A stretch of DNA of 43,136 bases from Octopus bimaculoides (taxonomy: Eukaryota). The stretch is from assembly GCF_001194135.2 (NCBI RefSeq), contig NC_068989.1, positions 91,705,483-91,748,618 of the forward strand. Reading direction: 5' to 3'. Below the pieces are notes generated by a model, which made no database searches, had not been told where the DNA came from, and worked only from the letters and a program-made list of their open reading frames with translations. How positions within the stretch are numbered: position 1 is the stretch's first letter; the number at the start of each line of letters is the position of its first letter. A program made the position numbers and the translations under genes. Below are positions 1 through 11,462 of the stretch, piece after piece.

Positions 1-47
<47 letters not shown>
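1..47. repeat. (TA)n microsatellite
   Basis: Pure AT dinucleotide run at the window start. Confidence 0.95.
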
Positions 48-48
<1 letters not shown>

Positions 49-410
49 GTATTGTGTCTGTGTATATAGTGTGTAGACTTACAGCAAATGAATAGGCAAT
101 ATATAAATGAAATATTTATAATGTACTTCATAATTTGAGGGGAGAGAAGTTAAATAAGTATTGAAGTTTAACACAGACACTAATATTAATACATCACGGT
201 ATTAGTGTTCACATTATTCAAAATCTTTTCACGAAATCATTTTGTTGTAAGATTTTTGTAGGCGCTGGTATGTCTATGTGGGCTTCATAACTACGCGTTT
301 TCGGGTTCAGTGCCTCTGATATATATGTATGTATGTATGTATGTATGGTGAGGATATGGTGAGGAATTACTGTATGTATGAGTCTATATATATATGTGTG
401 TGTGTGTATG

Positions 411-716
411 TGTGAGCGTTTATTTAGCGAAATCACCTAAAGTTCCACGATACTCCAGCAAGGGATGTTGGCGAACCCTGCTGTACTCTTGCACCACAAC
501 TTTCCTTCTTTCTTCCTATTTCTGTTGTACCTGTATTTCAAAGGGCCATCTTTGTCACACTCTGTGTCACGCTGAATCTCCCCGAGAACAACTTTAAGGG
601 TACACGTATCAGTGGAGTGCTCAGCCACTTGCACGTTAATTTCACGATTCGGCTGTTCCGTTGATCGGATCAACTGGAACTCTCGTTTTCGTAACCGACG
701 GTGTGCCACGACGACG
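411..716 (+). mobile_element. 5'-truncated SINE-like repeat (family C; head missing)
   Basis: The body (gagcg...cacctaaag...ccctgctgtactct...gtcacactctgtgtcacgctgaat...cgttgatcggatcaactggaac...gtaaccgacgg) matches my recollection of an abundant octopus SINE and ends in a short (ACG)n tail. It is single-copy in this window, so the assignment rests on recognition. Confidence 0.5.
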
Positions 717-732
717 ATATATATAGAGAGCT

Positions 733-876
733 ATGTGGGTGTTTATGTGTCTATCTTTGCGTCTGTGTTTGTCTTCCACCGCCGCTTGTCAACCGGTCTT
801 GATATGTTTTCGTATTGGTAATCTAGCGGTTCGGTGAAAGAAATCGATAGAATATGCACTATGCTTAAAGAATAAA
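733..876 (+). mobile_element. SINE family B, 3' half
   Basis: ccgcttgtcaaccgg...tagcggttcggtgaaagaaatcgatagaata aligns by eye to 38890-38990. Confidence 0.7.
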
Positions 877-1232
877 TAGTAGAGACGATGTCATTGATTA
901 AAATTCATTAAGCATAGCCGCAATCAAATGTTTGAAACAAATAAAAGATAGACGATAAAAGATATATTGAAGTTTCATCTTTTACATTAAACAATATCAT
1001 TTCTAGTTATCGTCTTTTGTTGTAATAAATAACATTTCCGAGGTGGAACGTGAAACGTCTTGGAGCATGACGAATAAAAATTGAAGCAGGAAGGTATTGA
1101 TATTTGTATTTTATGATTGACATTCATTTCAACAACAACTCCGTGTTGACTAGCCACTAATCGTGTCTATGGTGTAGTAACAAAGATGTAGTTAGGCATG
1201 CAACGTTGTATACATTATTCAGCAACTCATGG

Positions 1233-1475
1233 GGCGGCGATCTGGTAGAATCGTTAGCACGCCGGGCGAAATGCCAAGCGGTATTCCGTTTGTTTTTATG
1301 TTCTGAGTTCAAATTCCGCCGAGGTCGACTTTGTCTTTCATCCTTTCGGGTTCGATATATTAAATACCAGTTGCGTACTGGTATTTAATCGACTGGCTCC
1401 CTCCTCCAAAATTAATCGACTGGCTCCCTCCTCCAAAATTTTGGGCCTTGTGCTTAGCGTAGAAAAGATTCTTTT
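1233..1475 (+). mobile_element. Full-length tRNA-derived SINE family A with 11-bp target-site duplication
   Basis: A-box-like tggtagaatcg (1243-1253) and B-box-like gagttcaaattcc (1305-1317). The body ggtcgactttgtctttcatcctttcggg is shared with more than 10 copies in the window. TSD gcaactcatgg at 1222-1232 and 1476-1486. Confidence 0.9.
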
Positions 1476-2145
1476 GCAACTCATGGAATTGTTTCATAAA
1501 AACCGTTTACAAGAATAATACGCAAAGTAATTGGCTTCGCTTAAATAAAAAAAAACAAAAAACATTTAGCATTATCCAGAGTAAGAGTGTTCAAATTTAG
1601 AGTGTGATCAAGAGAAAAAAGACATGTGTCTGCATATATATGCATGCATATATGAATGCGTGTGTAAAATGTATGTATATATATGAATGTCTGTATGCAT
1701 GCTTTATGTATGTATATTTATATGTGGTCGTGTGTATGATAAGATTCAAAAGTTTAAAAAAAATTGAAAGAATTACGGTCAATTTAAGCCTGTGTTTCGT
1801 TAGAGAGAGGCAATTGCGAGGATTGTAAATGCGCTGCCAAATCCCCATGTTTAATGTAATTAAGATGGCTTCCAACGTTTTAAACTTGTCTAATAATATA
1901 AATTTACAAAAGAATTACATGGATGCCACCTGTATTTTGTCTCCTCATTAATTTAATGTGGGACGCCAAAAAATGTCGCTAATATTTGATGTAGCTGATA
2001 TTTGTCAGTTTCGTAGCCAAACGATTTCAGCGATTCTTCTTCCTTTTAAAAATGATGGTTGTATCTTCTATGATCTCAATACAAATGTGATTGCTGAATA
2101 ATTCTATTAAACCTTAGCAGTTTCCTTCATTCTAACTTTTCACAG

Positions 2146-2190
2146 TAGCAACAGCGCGAAAGAAAACATTGCATAATATAAACAATACAG
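2146..2190 (+). other. Candidate 45-nt internal exon (phase 1-1)
   Basis: Pyrimidine tract plus ttctaac and cacag| acceptor; CAG|GTAACA donor; one open frame ATARKKTLHNINNT. No homology recognised. Confidence 0.2.
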
Positions 2191-2607
2191 GTAACATAAT
2201 TGACAGAATCGTTAAAGAGCCGCTGTGTCTTCCGACTCGTTATGTTCTGAATCCAAATCATGCTGAAGTCAGCTTTACCGTTAATCCTTTCAAATTCCTT
2301 AAAATTAAATACTATTCCAGTATTAGCTTCGATGGAGTTTTGTAAGGACTCTCCCGCCTCAAAATGATTGATCTTGGGCTTAAATCAGAAGTTCTTAGAG
2401 AAACAATGCAAATACAAAAACTATCTGGATGACTTGTACTTCTGGTAAATGCCACGCTCTGCTCCTCATCTGCGTGTTCTGAACCCAAATCTTGCCGGGT
2501 CAATTTTGCTTTTTATCCCTTCGGAGTAGTTAAAATAAAGTACCAATTTAATCCTGAGAACGATGTAACTGACTAATTTGGTGGGTTTTGTAAAAATGTA
2601 TATAGGA

Positions 2608-2814
2608 GCAGGTGTTAGCACGCTGGATGAAAACGTTTAAAGGTATTTCGCCGGTTGTTAGGTTCTGAGTTCAAATTCTGCCGAGGTCGACTTCGCCTTT
2701 ATTACTTTCAAGACGATTAATTAAGTACCAGTTACGTAGTACACAACTGGTCGATCTAATCGACCCATTCCCTCCTCCCAAATTTCAGGCCTTGTGCCTA
2801 TAATAGAAAAGACT
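2608..2814 (+). mobile_element. SINE family A
   Basis: ttctgagttcaaattctgccgaggtcgacttcgcc...ggccttgtgcctataatagaaaag; aligns with 1233-1475. Confidence 0.85.
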
Positions 2815-2843
2815 AGAGCAAGATTTTCATTTTTCGCTTATCC

Positions 2844-3045
2844 TCTTCTATTCTAGGTACAAGACCGGAATTATTTGGGGAGAGGGCCAGTCGACTAGAT
2901 CGACGCCGTACACAACTGGTACCTAATTTATCGACCCCGAAAAGCAAAGTTGACCTCGGCAAAATTTGATCTTAGAACATAAAAACAGACGAAATGCCGC
3001 TAAGCATATTGCCCGGTGTGCTAACGTTTCTGCCCGCTCGCCGCC
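2844..3045 (-). mobile_element. SINE family A (inverted relative to 2608-2814)
   Basis: The reverse complement begins ggcggcgagcgggcagaaacgttagcacaccgggc and carries the family body and tail. Confidence 0.85.
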
Positions 3046-3426
3046 TTCCCATTATTTCGGCATAATTTTGGTTTCTGTTGCTGAACCTCAATGCAGAACT
3101 GCGTGGAGGCTGTTTATGACAAAATGTGTCCCACATTTAGCATTCATCTTATATTCAGGTTTATTAGTTTATTTAGCTATTCATACAAATAATATTACAT
3201 TCATCAAAGTTAATTAAAATTTATATTAGATATTATAACGAATACACAGTCTAATCCATACTTTCACAAGCGCAAACATACACCCAGAAACATACGCACA
3301 AACACACGCATAAAACATTAGTACTTACACACATATGGATACGCATGCGCAACATCTATTCATAACCGCAGGATCTAATTCTATCATTTCATTTATTAAT
3401 AATTACTTATTGCCTGTCTTTACAAT

Positions 3427-3575
3427 CTGCGTTCAAATTCCATCGAAGTCGACTTTGCCTTTCATCCTTTCGGGGCGATAAATTAAATTAAGTACCAGTT
3501 GCTTACTGGGGTCGATCTAATCTACAGGCCCCATCCCCCAAAATGTAGGGCCTTGTGCCTAGAGTAGAAAAGAAT
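3427..3575 (+). mobile_element. SINE family A, 5'-truncated
   Basis: gttcaaattcc...gtcgactttgcctttcatcctttcgggg...gggccttgtgcctagagtagaaaagaat. Confidence 0.85.
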
Positions 3576-3703
3576 AATTATTTATTGCTCTCTAATTGTC
3601 AACATAATGCATATATCGGTCCATATGTCTCTCACGGTTAGCCTTTACCCACAATACAATGATTATATCAGATATACATACATACATACATACATACATA
3701 CAT

Positions 3704-3748
<45 letters not shown>

Positions 3749-4423
3749 NNNNNNNNNNNNNNNNNNNNNNNNNNNNNNNNNNNNNNNNNNNNNNNNNNNN
3801 NNNNNNNNNNNNNNNNNNNNNNNNNNNNNNNNNNNNNNNNNNNNNNNNNNNNNNNNNNNNNNNNNNNNNNNNNNNNNNNNNNNNNNNNNNNNNNNNNNNN
3901 NNNNNNNNNNNNNNNNNNNNNNNNNNNNNNNNNNNNNNNNNNNNNNNNNNNNNNNNNNNNNNNNNNNNNNNNNNNNNNNNNNNNNNNNNNNNNNNNNNNN
4001 NNNNNNNNNNNNNNNNNNNNNNNNNNNNNNNNNNNNNNNNNNNNNNNNNNNNNNNNNNNNNNNNNNNNNNNNNNNNNNNNNNNNNNNNNNNNNNNNNNNN
4101 NNNNNNNNNNNNNNNNNNNNNNNNNNNNNNNNNNNNNNNNNNNNNNNNNNNNNNNNNNNNNNNNNNNNNNNNNNNNNNNNNNNNNNNNNNNNNNNNNNNN
4201 NNNNNNNNNNNNNNNNNNNNNNNNNNNNNNNNNNNNNNNNNNNNNNNNNNNNNNNNNNNNNNNNNNNNNNNNNNNNNNNNNNNNNNNNNNNNNNNNNNNN
4301 NNNNNNNNNNNNNNNNNNNNNNNNNNNNNNNNNNNNNNNNNNNNNNNNNNNNNNNNNNNNNNNNNNNNNNNNNNNNNNNNNNNNNNNNNNNNNNNNNNNN
4401 NNNNNNNNNNNNNNNNNNNNNNN
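3749..4423. other. Assembly gap (N run). Further gaps at 10853-10914, 13326-13842, 17645-18120, 24755-25308, 29438-30223, 36497-37085 and 40793-41009
   Basis: N characters. Each gap abuts a (TA)n tract on at least one side. Confidence 1.
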
Positions 4424-4612
4424 AAATATTTCCATAGTTTTCAAATGCAAGGGATATTTTCCTTTTTTTCTCTCTGTCTCTGTCTCTCTCTTTTACTCAT
4501 GTCAGATCTTGGTACGAGGCAGCAGATAATAGTAGTCTCAATATTTGATATGAGTTCTTGGTTTTGACTTGTTTAAGCAGCAGTAGTATCTGAGAAAGGA
4601 GGCGACGACGAT

Positions 4613-4720
4613 GAAGAAGAAGAAGCAGAAGGAGAAGAAGAAGAAAAGAAGAAGAAGAAGAAGAAGAAGAAGAAGAAGAAGAAGAAGAAGAAGAAGAAGA
4701 AGAAGAAGAAGAAGAAGAAG
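4613..4720. repeat. (GAA)n trinucleotide repeat
   Basis: Long, nearly pure GAA run that produces the spurious poly-R/K ORF. Confidence 0.95.
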
Positions 4721-7700
4721 AGGGAGTAGGAAAAGAAGAGAAAGAATAATAAAAAAAATGCGGGAGTGGTATGACAGTAGTAGGATGTTAATGGAATCCT
4801 CTTAATTGGTCAAGTGACCTAAAAGTGACCGGTTGTGGTTGTAATAGTAGTGATTGGAACTGTTCTGAATAAATTCATGGGTAGTGGCTTTTATGAATAT
4901 ACCGGTTTTAATATTTGCATGGGTATTATTCCAAGGCCCTTGTAACAGTGTCATTCGAGGTGGACGCATTGAAAAGGGATTTATATTTTGTGATAAAATA
5001 TGATTCTTTGCTCATGCGCCTTGTGCCTATATTAGAAAGGATTATTGCAGTAGTAGCAATCGTAGTAGAATTAGTATTAATATTAGTGTAAGTGGCTATG
5101 ATAAAAATAGCAGATGCAGTGGCAGGAGCAGCAGCAGCAGCAGTAGCAGCATTAGTAGTAGAGGTACAAATTACGGTGACAGTAGCAATAGTACTGAGCA
5201 CAACCACAGCGCTCCTGTTATTTTCATAATTTACGTCATTATTTTTTCCTACTCACCCACCCTCTCACTCTCCCTTGTGTTATTTTAATATTGTTAAATT
5301 AGTGAGAAAAACCTAATTACTTGAAAACTTAATTACTTGAAAATTAATTATATAATTTCTACGAATTGTGTTCGTCAGAGATAAAGAACTGCTGAGGATA
5401 ATGCAAAAGTAATTTAAAATAAAGAAGAAGAAGAAATGAAACAGATAACAAGATATGTGATATTTAAAATAAAGGCAGATGTAAGTTATCTCTTGAATAC
5501 GACCGAATGTGTTTAATATTGTCTCGAAAATTTTGCGCCAGAGGCAAAACGTGTTCGCTTTGTGGTGCTGTCTCTTGAGTTGTTTCTGCTACTTGACGAT
5601 TATATTCGCTAAAGACAATCGTCAACATAAATGATAAAAAGAAACTGTAGTCGCTTTCTGTGAGCTTATCTTTCTATTCCATGGTTATGAGGTTAATATC
5701 AGACAGCCAGAGCTGGAATAGAGAGTGCTTGTTATTGACGAGGTGGCGAATGGAGACCAACAGACTTCGACAAACCTAGGTGATTGATTGATTGATTGTC
5801 TGACCGAACGTGTAATCAAACAATCGATTAGTTTATTGGGTAAGTAATAAACCAACTGACAAGTGAAGACAAAGAAGTGAAGTAGAACCAGTCCATGTGT
5901 TTATTACTGGCATACGTCTGTTCCCATTCTCTGTACACTGAATTCAGATCGTATCAAAGTGAAACTTTGCCTTTCATTCTTTCGGGGTCGATAAATTAAG
6001 ATATTAGCAACGCGAATTGGCGGAAGTTTTTTTCAAAAACCGAATACAATGCATTTATTTTTATTTCTTCCGGATTTTTATGTTTTGCGACCTTGTGAGC
6101 TAGATTTAATCAGCAATTGCGTTCGATAACACACCTTGATACTTGGGAGCCTTTAACGTAACTGAATCTCTTAGAAGTAGACAAACCAGGCTTCCTGCTG
6201 GAGGATAACTTCGTCCCTTCCTCTTGAAGTTTCTGATAAACAAAGGATTAAAATGTCACCCTCCTGGCCCTTATGAACGGTTAAAAGACTATATTACTGG
6301 TTTCTGCAGCCTGCTATTATTTTGGAGACGAATGATAAATGGGCCGCTTTGACACTCCCTTGCACGTAAATTATGGCTGATTATGGAGGTAATTATGATC
6401 AGATATTAGGCTCTTACGACGTCCTTAGGGACAAAAGATAAATGCACAATTTTAAAACTGATTTGTTCGAATAAACAAAAAACAAGGACAATGCAAGTTC
6501 CGGAAGCAATGGAATAAAAGCGTATGATTTAGAATAATACGTTATAATCTAGGTAGGGCTTACAGAAATAAAGCAATATAACAGTAGCTGAAAAAAATCT
6601 AATATCACTGAGATATTAGACCATTTCACCTACGTCAGTATTGCCTTTATTCTCAGTTCAGCCTCCATCAAGCTGTCGTAAGATCAAAAGGTTTTCAGTT
6701 CTGAGCAAAATCGGTCAAATTCAACGATATTTCAAGTCATTCTTTCTCAAAAATCTTAGATGTAATGTGAGGGACGTTTAATTGTCGTATGTAACTGGTC
6801 ACCTTAACAACGCTTGGAATATGTCATAGATTGCTTATTGTTTTTCTTTGTTGTTGGTATTTTGTTAAGCCTCCTGCTAATCCCGATACATCAGAATTAC
6901 GAAGAAAAATATTTAAGCTAATACCATCTCGTCCATCTTTTTATAACATAGATCTATATTTAGGACTCCATCACACAAATGATATGTTTCATCTATAACG
7001 GAACTATGGTTGATTGTGGCTGTCATGGTTGCTATTTCTAGCAGTATAACTAACCACCTACATGTTCCCTCAGTGGTTCGTTCTGACAATGATATCATTT
7101 AGCTGTATATTAAATGTAGGCGAATATACAGAGTTTTTACAGTTTGGGATAGAAGCCCTCCCCTGTGTTTTCCTAAATCTGGTTTCATATCTCACCGAAG
7201 CCAAATTCACAATTCTTCCTTTCAGGGTCGATAGTGGAGGATTACCAGAAACGTAAAAGAGTCTGGGAGATTCCGTACAGTATCCCGTTCCCTTTTATTT
7301 TCGTTCCCAGAACAAAGCCTCCGATGGCCCTTGCGCTAAAATAAACCACCCCAATTCGGCCATGGTTATCCCTTTGTATAAACGCCGGTGGAGTGAGAAT
7401 GAATCACTTGCACACATGCGCATCTGCTAATCTTCCTAAAACAGAATCTTCTGGTCCAAATCCGTGCACACATTTGCCGACTAATTGTTCAACATGGCTC
7501 GAAGGAGTTTCTATATGTACACAGACATTCCAACTGTGACTATCCTGTCTGTTATACATAATAATACATCTTAAAAACATTTCATTTGTTTTCAACAAAT
7601 AAAATGATACGATTTAAGGGAACATGGTTACCATTTCTAGCAAATCAAAATTCCCTTCGATGGCTGTTCTTTCTTATTGTTATTCAGATTCATGCTACAA

Positions 7701-7806
7701 TAGATGTCCCTCCTAAGATCACCCATGAGAATTTCTTATTGCTGACACAGTTTATCTAGGACTACATTCTGCAATTTGTTGTTTCCTCATTTTATTTTTA
7801 AGCAAT

Positions 7807-8113
7807 AGGCAGAGGTGTGGTTGTGTAATGAGAACAACATTGTTCCGGGTTCAGTCCCACTGTGTGGCTCATTGGCCAAGTATCTTCTACTACAGCCTAG
7901 GGCTGACCAAAGACTTGTTAGTGGATTTAGCAGACGGAAACTGAAAGAAACCCAATGAGAATGTCTTTATGTTTGTCTTTGTTTCCCACCACCGCTTGAT
8001 AAACGCTGTTGGTTTGTTTACGTCCCCGTAATGTAGCGGTTCGGTAAAAATATAAATACTAGTGGTCAAACCTTTGAAACCGTCAGCCTAGCATGGCTGC
8101 AATCCAAGTAAAA
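7807..8113 (+). mobile_element. SINE family B (diverged, near full length)
   Basis: gttccgggttcagtcccactgtgtggc...gacggaaactgaaagaa...cgtccccgtaatgtagcggttcgg...gcatggctgca; colinear with 38630-39080. Confidence 0.8.
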
Positions 8114-8486
8114 TGTAACAGGCTATATCTTCAATCCTTTGAAATTCAAGCTGCTATTTCTAGCAGGACAAGTGACCATGTAGAAGCACTTCTATAGGTT
8201 CCGTGGTTGGATTTTACACATGATGTGTAGAAGAGTGGTTCTTAGTGTTGAGATTCTATTTATATGTTGTGATTTTATCCAGAATATCCAGAACCTTCCA
8301 GAATATCGCTCCCCACCCCTATCCTACCCAGTTCCCACCCTCCCACAAGCAATTTTCTAAGTGACTCTTCCTTTGATGAGGAGGAATCAGTGACTTGTTA
8401 AATCTTTCTTTGGATATTGTTAAACCATGCTTTATGAGATTGTGAACAATAAATATAATGATGTGGAAGGGGAGGGGAGGGAATGT

Positions 8487-8534
<48 letters not shown>

Positions 8535-9130
8535 AGGGGGGATAGGAAGAGAAAGAAGGGCGACAGGGTAGGGTAGGAATGGGAGGAAGGGGGAAGAGAA
8601 GTCGCGCATGAAGGAAAAACAGGAAGAGATAGGGGAACGAATGAGAAGAGACAAATAATCTAATTATAATGAGGTTGACTTCATGTATGATGGTAATGGT
8701 GGTGAGGGTGATGGGGTTGGTGGTGGTGTTGGTGGTGGTGTTGGTGGTGGTGATTATGATGTTGATGGTAATGATATATGTATGTGGTGGTAGTGGTGGT
8801 AGTGATAGTGGTGATGAAGATAATGATGGTGATAGTGGTGATGATGATGATGTTGATTATAATGATGATGGTGGTGGTGATGATGAAGGTGTTTGTGGTG
8901 GTGATGATGATGATGATATATGAATGTGATGGTGGTGGTGATGAAGATGATGATGGTGATGGTGGTGGTGATGATGATAACGATGATTATGATGATGATG
9001 TTGGTGGTGATAATGAAGGTAGTGGTGGTGGTGATGATAAAGTGACGATGATGACGACGATAGCCACAAAAATGGCGATGCTGCTGAAATTGACATCGAC
9101 GACGACGAAAGCAAAGATGACGATGATGAG
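8487..9130. repeat. (GA)n followed by a cryptic (GGT/GAT)n low-complexity tract
   Basis: Mosaic of GGT, GAT and GAC triplets that explains the overlapping poly-V/M/D/H ORFs. Confidence 0.9.
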
Positions 9131-9445
9131 GAGGAAAATACCAGAAAACGAATAATATGGGAGCAATGTATGCATTGTAAGGCGAGAAGCCAACCTACGT
9201 TAGATCCTCTTTCCTGTAGAAACAGCTTGTTTAGTTACAGAATTGAAATATCAGTGTGTATATTACCCCCACTCCATATATATACATATGTGCATATATA
9301 TATATGCATATATGGGTATATGATTTCACCAACAGTTACCAATATGAAATACGAAAACAACGAGAGAAATAAATGGAAAATAGGACAAGTAATACAAAGA
9401 ACGACCCTTCATCAGTTGCCGGCTGTCTATCTATTTCTCATTTTG

Positions 9446-9510
<65 letters not shown>

Positions 9511-10571
9511 ATGTATGTGTGTGTGTGTGTGTCTGTGTGTGTGTATGTGTTTGTGTGTGCGCGCGCGTGTGTGTGTGTGTTTATATGTGCGTATGTCTAT
9601 TGATAAGAAACGCACTTCGTCTAACAATTGTTCATGAAGAAAGCAAAGTGATACCCTTTGTAGTTTCACTAACAAATGTTAAATTCTTTGATCTAATTTA
9701 AGCACGAGGCCAGCAATATTTGATGGGAGGTGCGTTTAGATACCAGTTTGTTTCAGTCCGTAACTGGAGCATTATGCCGTCGAACCCCAAAGGATAAAAG
9801 CATTACTGAACTCGAAAAGGTTTTAAAACAGTAAATTCAGAACTGGAAAAAATTCTGCCAGACATTTATTCCGATGTCATAACGATTTTAAAGGTCATAT
9901 CTAGAAATTTTCTTTTGAAATTATAACCAGGACCCCGATTTTGTAACGACTTTCCGTGTTTCACAGTCGTTGTTTACTCAAGCGTGGCTATAATTTTTAC
10001 AGAAAATCTATAAAGATACCCTTAAAAAATTTATGTAATAGCACCGTTAACACAATAGAACAGAGTATCGAGTTATAGAAACCTTTAATATATTTCTATT
10101 ATGGTTGCGTAACGGAATACGGTGTCCCTATATATCGTTATAACGATTCTGCCTGCTTGTCGAAGGATAGGAATTTAATAATTCTTTCTAATGTTTACAC
10201 TATCCGACAATTTTGAGCGGAAGGGGACTCGTCGGTTACATCAACACCATTACTTCACAAATACATTATTTTATCAATCACGAAAGGATGACAGGCAAAT
10301 TTGGCCTCAGCGGTAACTGAATTGAAGGCATAAAGCGCCGATAGGAATGCCTTAAGGTACAGCTGAAGCGTACGTACTTAGGGGCCAAAGTCGTGTGATC
10401 CTGAAATACCTGCCTGCGATACGGAAGGGTTTCCAGCATTGTAATGAATTTAGAAGAACTCGGAAACCCTCTGAGTACATCTTTTAGTTCCTGCGTGGTG
10501 TGACGCATCTCTGATGTTTATTTTAACTATTCGACGCACTGACGATTCAGCCATCTCAGCGCCCATAATAT

Positions 10572-10750
10572 TTCTTTCTATTGTAGGTTCAAGGCCTGAA
10601 ATTTAGGGGGAGGGCGACAGCCAATTACATTGATCCCAGTATTCAAGTTGTTCTTATTTTATCGTAACACTCGAAAACATGGGAGCCAAGGCGATTCTGG
10701 TGTCATTTGAGCGCAGAACATAAAGAGCAGAGAGAAGTGCAGCGGAGCCT
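10572..10750 (-). mobile_element. SINE family A, diverged
   Basis: ttctttctattgtaggttcaaggcctgaaatttagggggaggg is the reverse complement of the family tail. Confidence 0.65.
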
Positions 10751-11004
10751 TCCAGTTGTAATATGTTAGAGAATACTCTACACTTGTATTGAGTCCTGTA
10801 ATTAACCGCTTCTCGTTATGCAACAGAGATTCATATATATACATACATATATNNNNNNNNNNNNNNNNNNNNNNNNNNNNNNNNNNNNNNNNNNNNNNNN
10901 NNNNNNNNNNNNNNATATATATATATATATATAAAATATATATATACATATAGAGACACACACAAACATTGAACGCCAAAGGAAGCTCGAAGGAAACAGT
11001 GCTA

Positions 11005-11192
11005 AATATTTGCAACTCTAGTAGTCGTAGCAGCAACAGCAGCAGCAGCAGCAGTAGTAATAGTGATGGTAGTAGTAGCACTAGTAGTGACAACAGCTGT
11101 AGCAGAAATAGTAGTAGTGATGGGAGTAATAGTAGTTGCTGTTATATTAGGCGTAATAATGGAAGTGGCGGTGGTGGTTGTGGTGGTGGTGA

Positions 11193-11238
<46 letters not shown>

Positions 11239-11250
11239 GGTGGCGGCTAT
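11005..11250. repeat. (AGC/AGT/GGT)n low-complexity tract; similar tracts at 11480-11750 and 12020-12180
   Basis: Triplet mosaics that give poly-S/G/V/T ORFs. Confidence 0.85.
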
Positions 11251-11267
11251 AGAAGAATTGGTTGTTG

Positions 11268-11462
11268 GAGTTATAGCAGAATCGGTAATACGCCGGACGA
11301 AAGGCTTGTCGGTATTTTGTCCGTCTCCATGCTCTGAGTTCAAATTCCGCCGTGGTCGATATTGCCTTTCATCCTTTCTGGGTCGATAAATTAGGTACCA
11401 GTTGTATACTGGGGTCGATGTAATCGGCTCATTCCCTCCTCCTTGTGACAAAATTTGAAACC
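11268..11462 (+). mobile_element. SINE family A, alternative 3' end subtype
   Basis: Family body, ending ccttgtgacaaaatttgaaacc. Confidence 0.85.

Noticed and set aside
544-663. Apparent plus-strand exon after a pyrimidine tract with an LRR-like peptide (LNLPENNFKG), and a minus-strand CAG|GTAC donor
   Set aside because: It lies inside a SINE-like repeat, so the resemblance is most likely coincidental.
2320-2445. AG...GT-bounded segment
   Set aside because: All three frames contain stops.
5593-5625. 9-bp inverted repeat ttgacgatt/aatcgtcaa and a nearby GTAAGT at about 5840
   Set aside because: A single short stem and an isolated donor word are expected by chance.
7404-7598. 64-aa minus-strand ORF as a possible exon
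   Set aside because: It partly overlaps a family-D repeat, has a weak acceptor, and contains no recognisable motif.
10278-10508. 76-aa ORF in a moderately GC-rich patch
   Set aside because: It runs into a SINE-A remnant, with no motif and no convincing splice sites.
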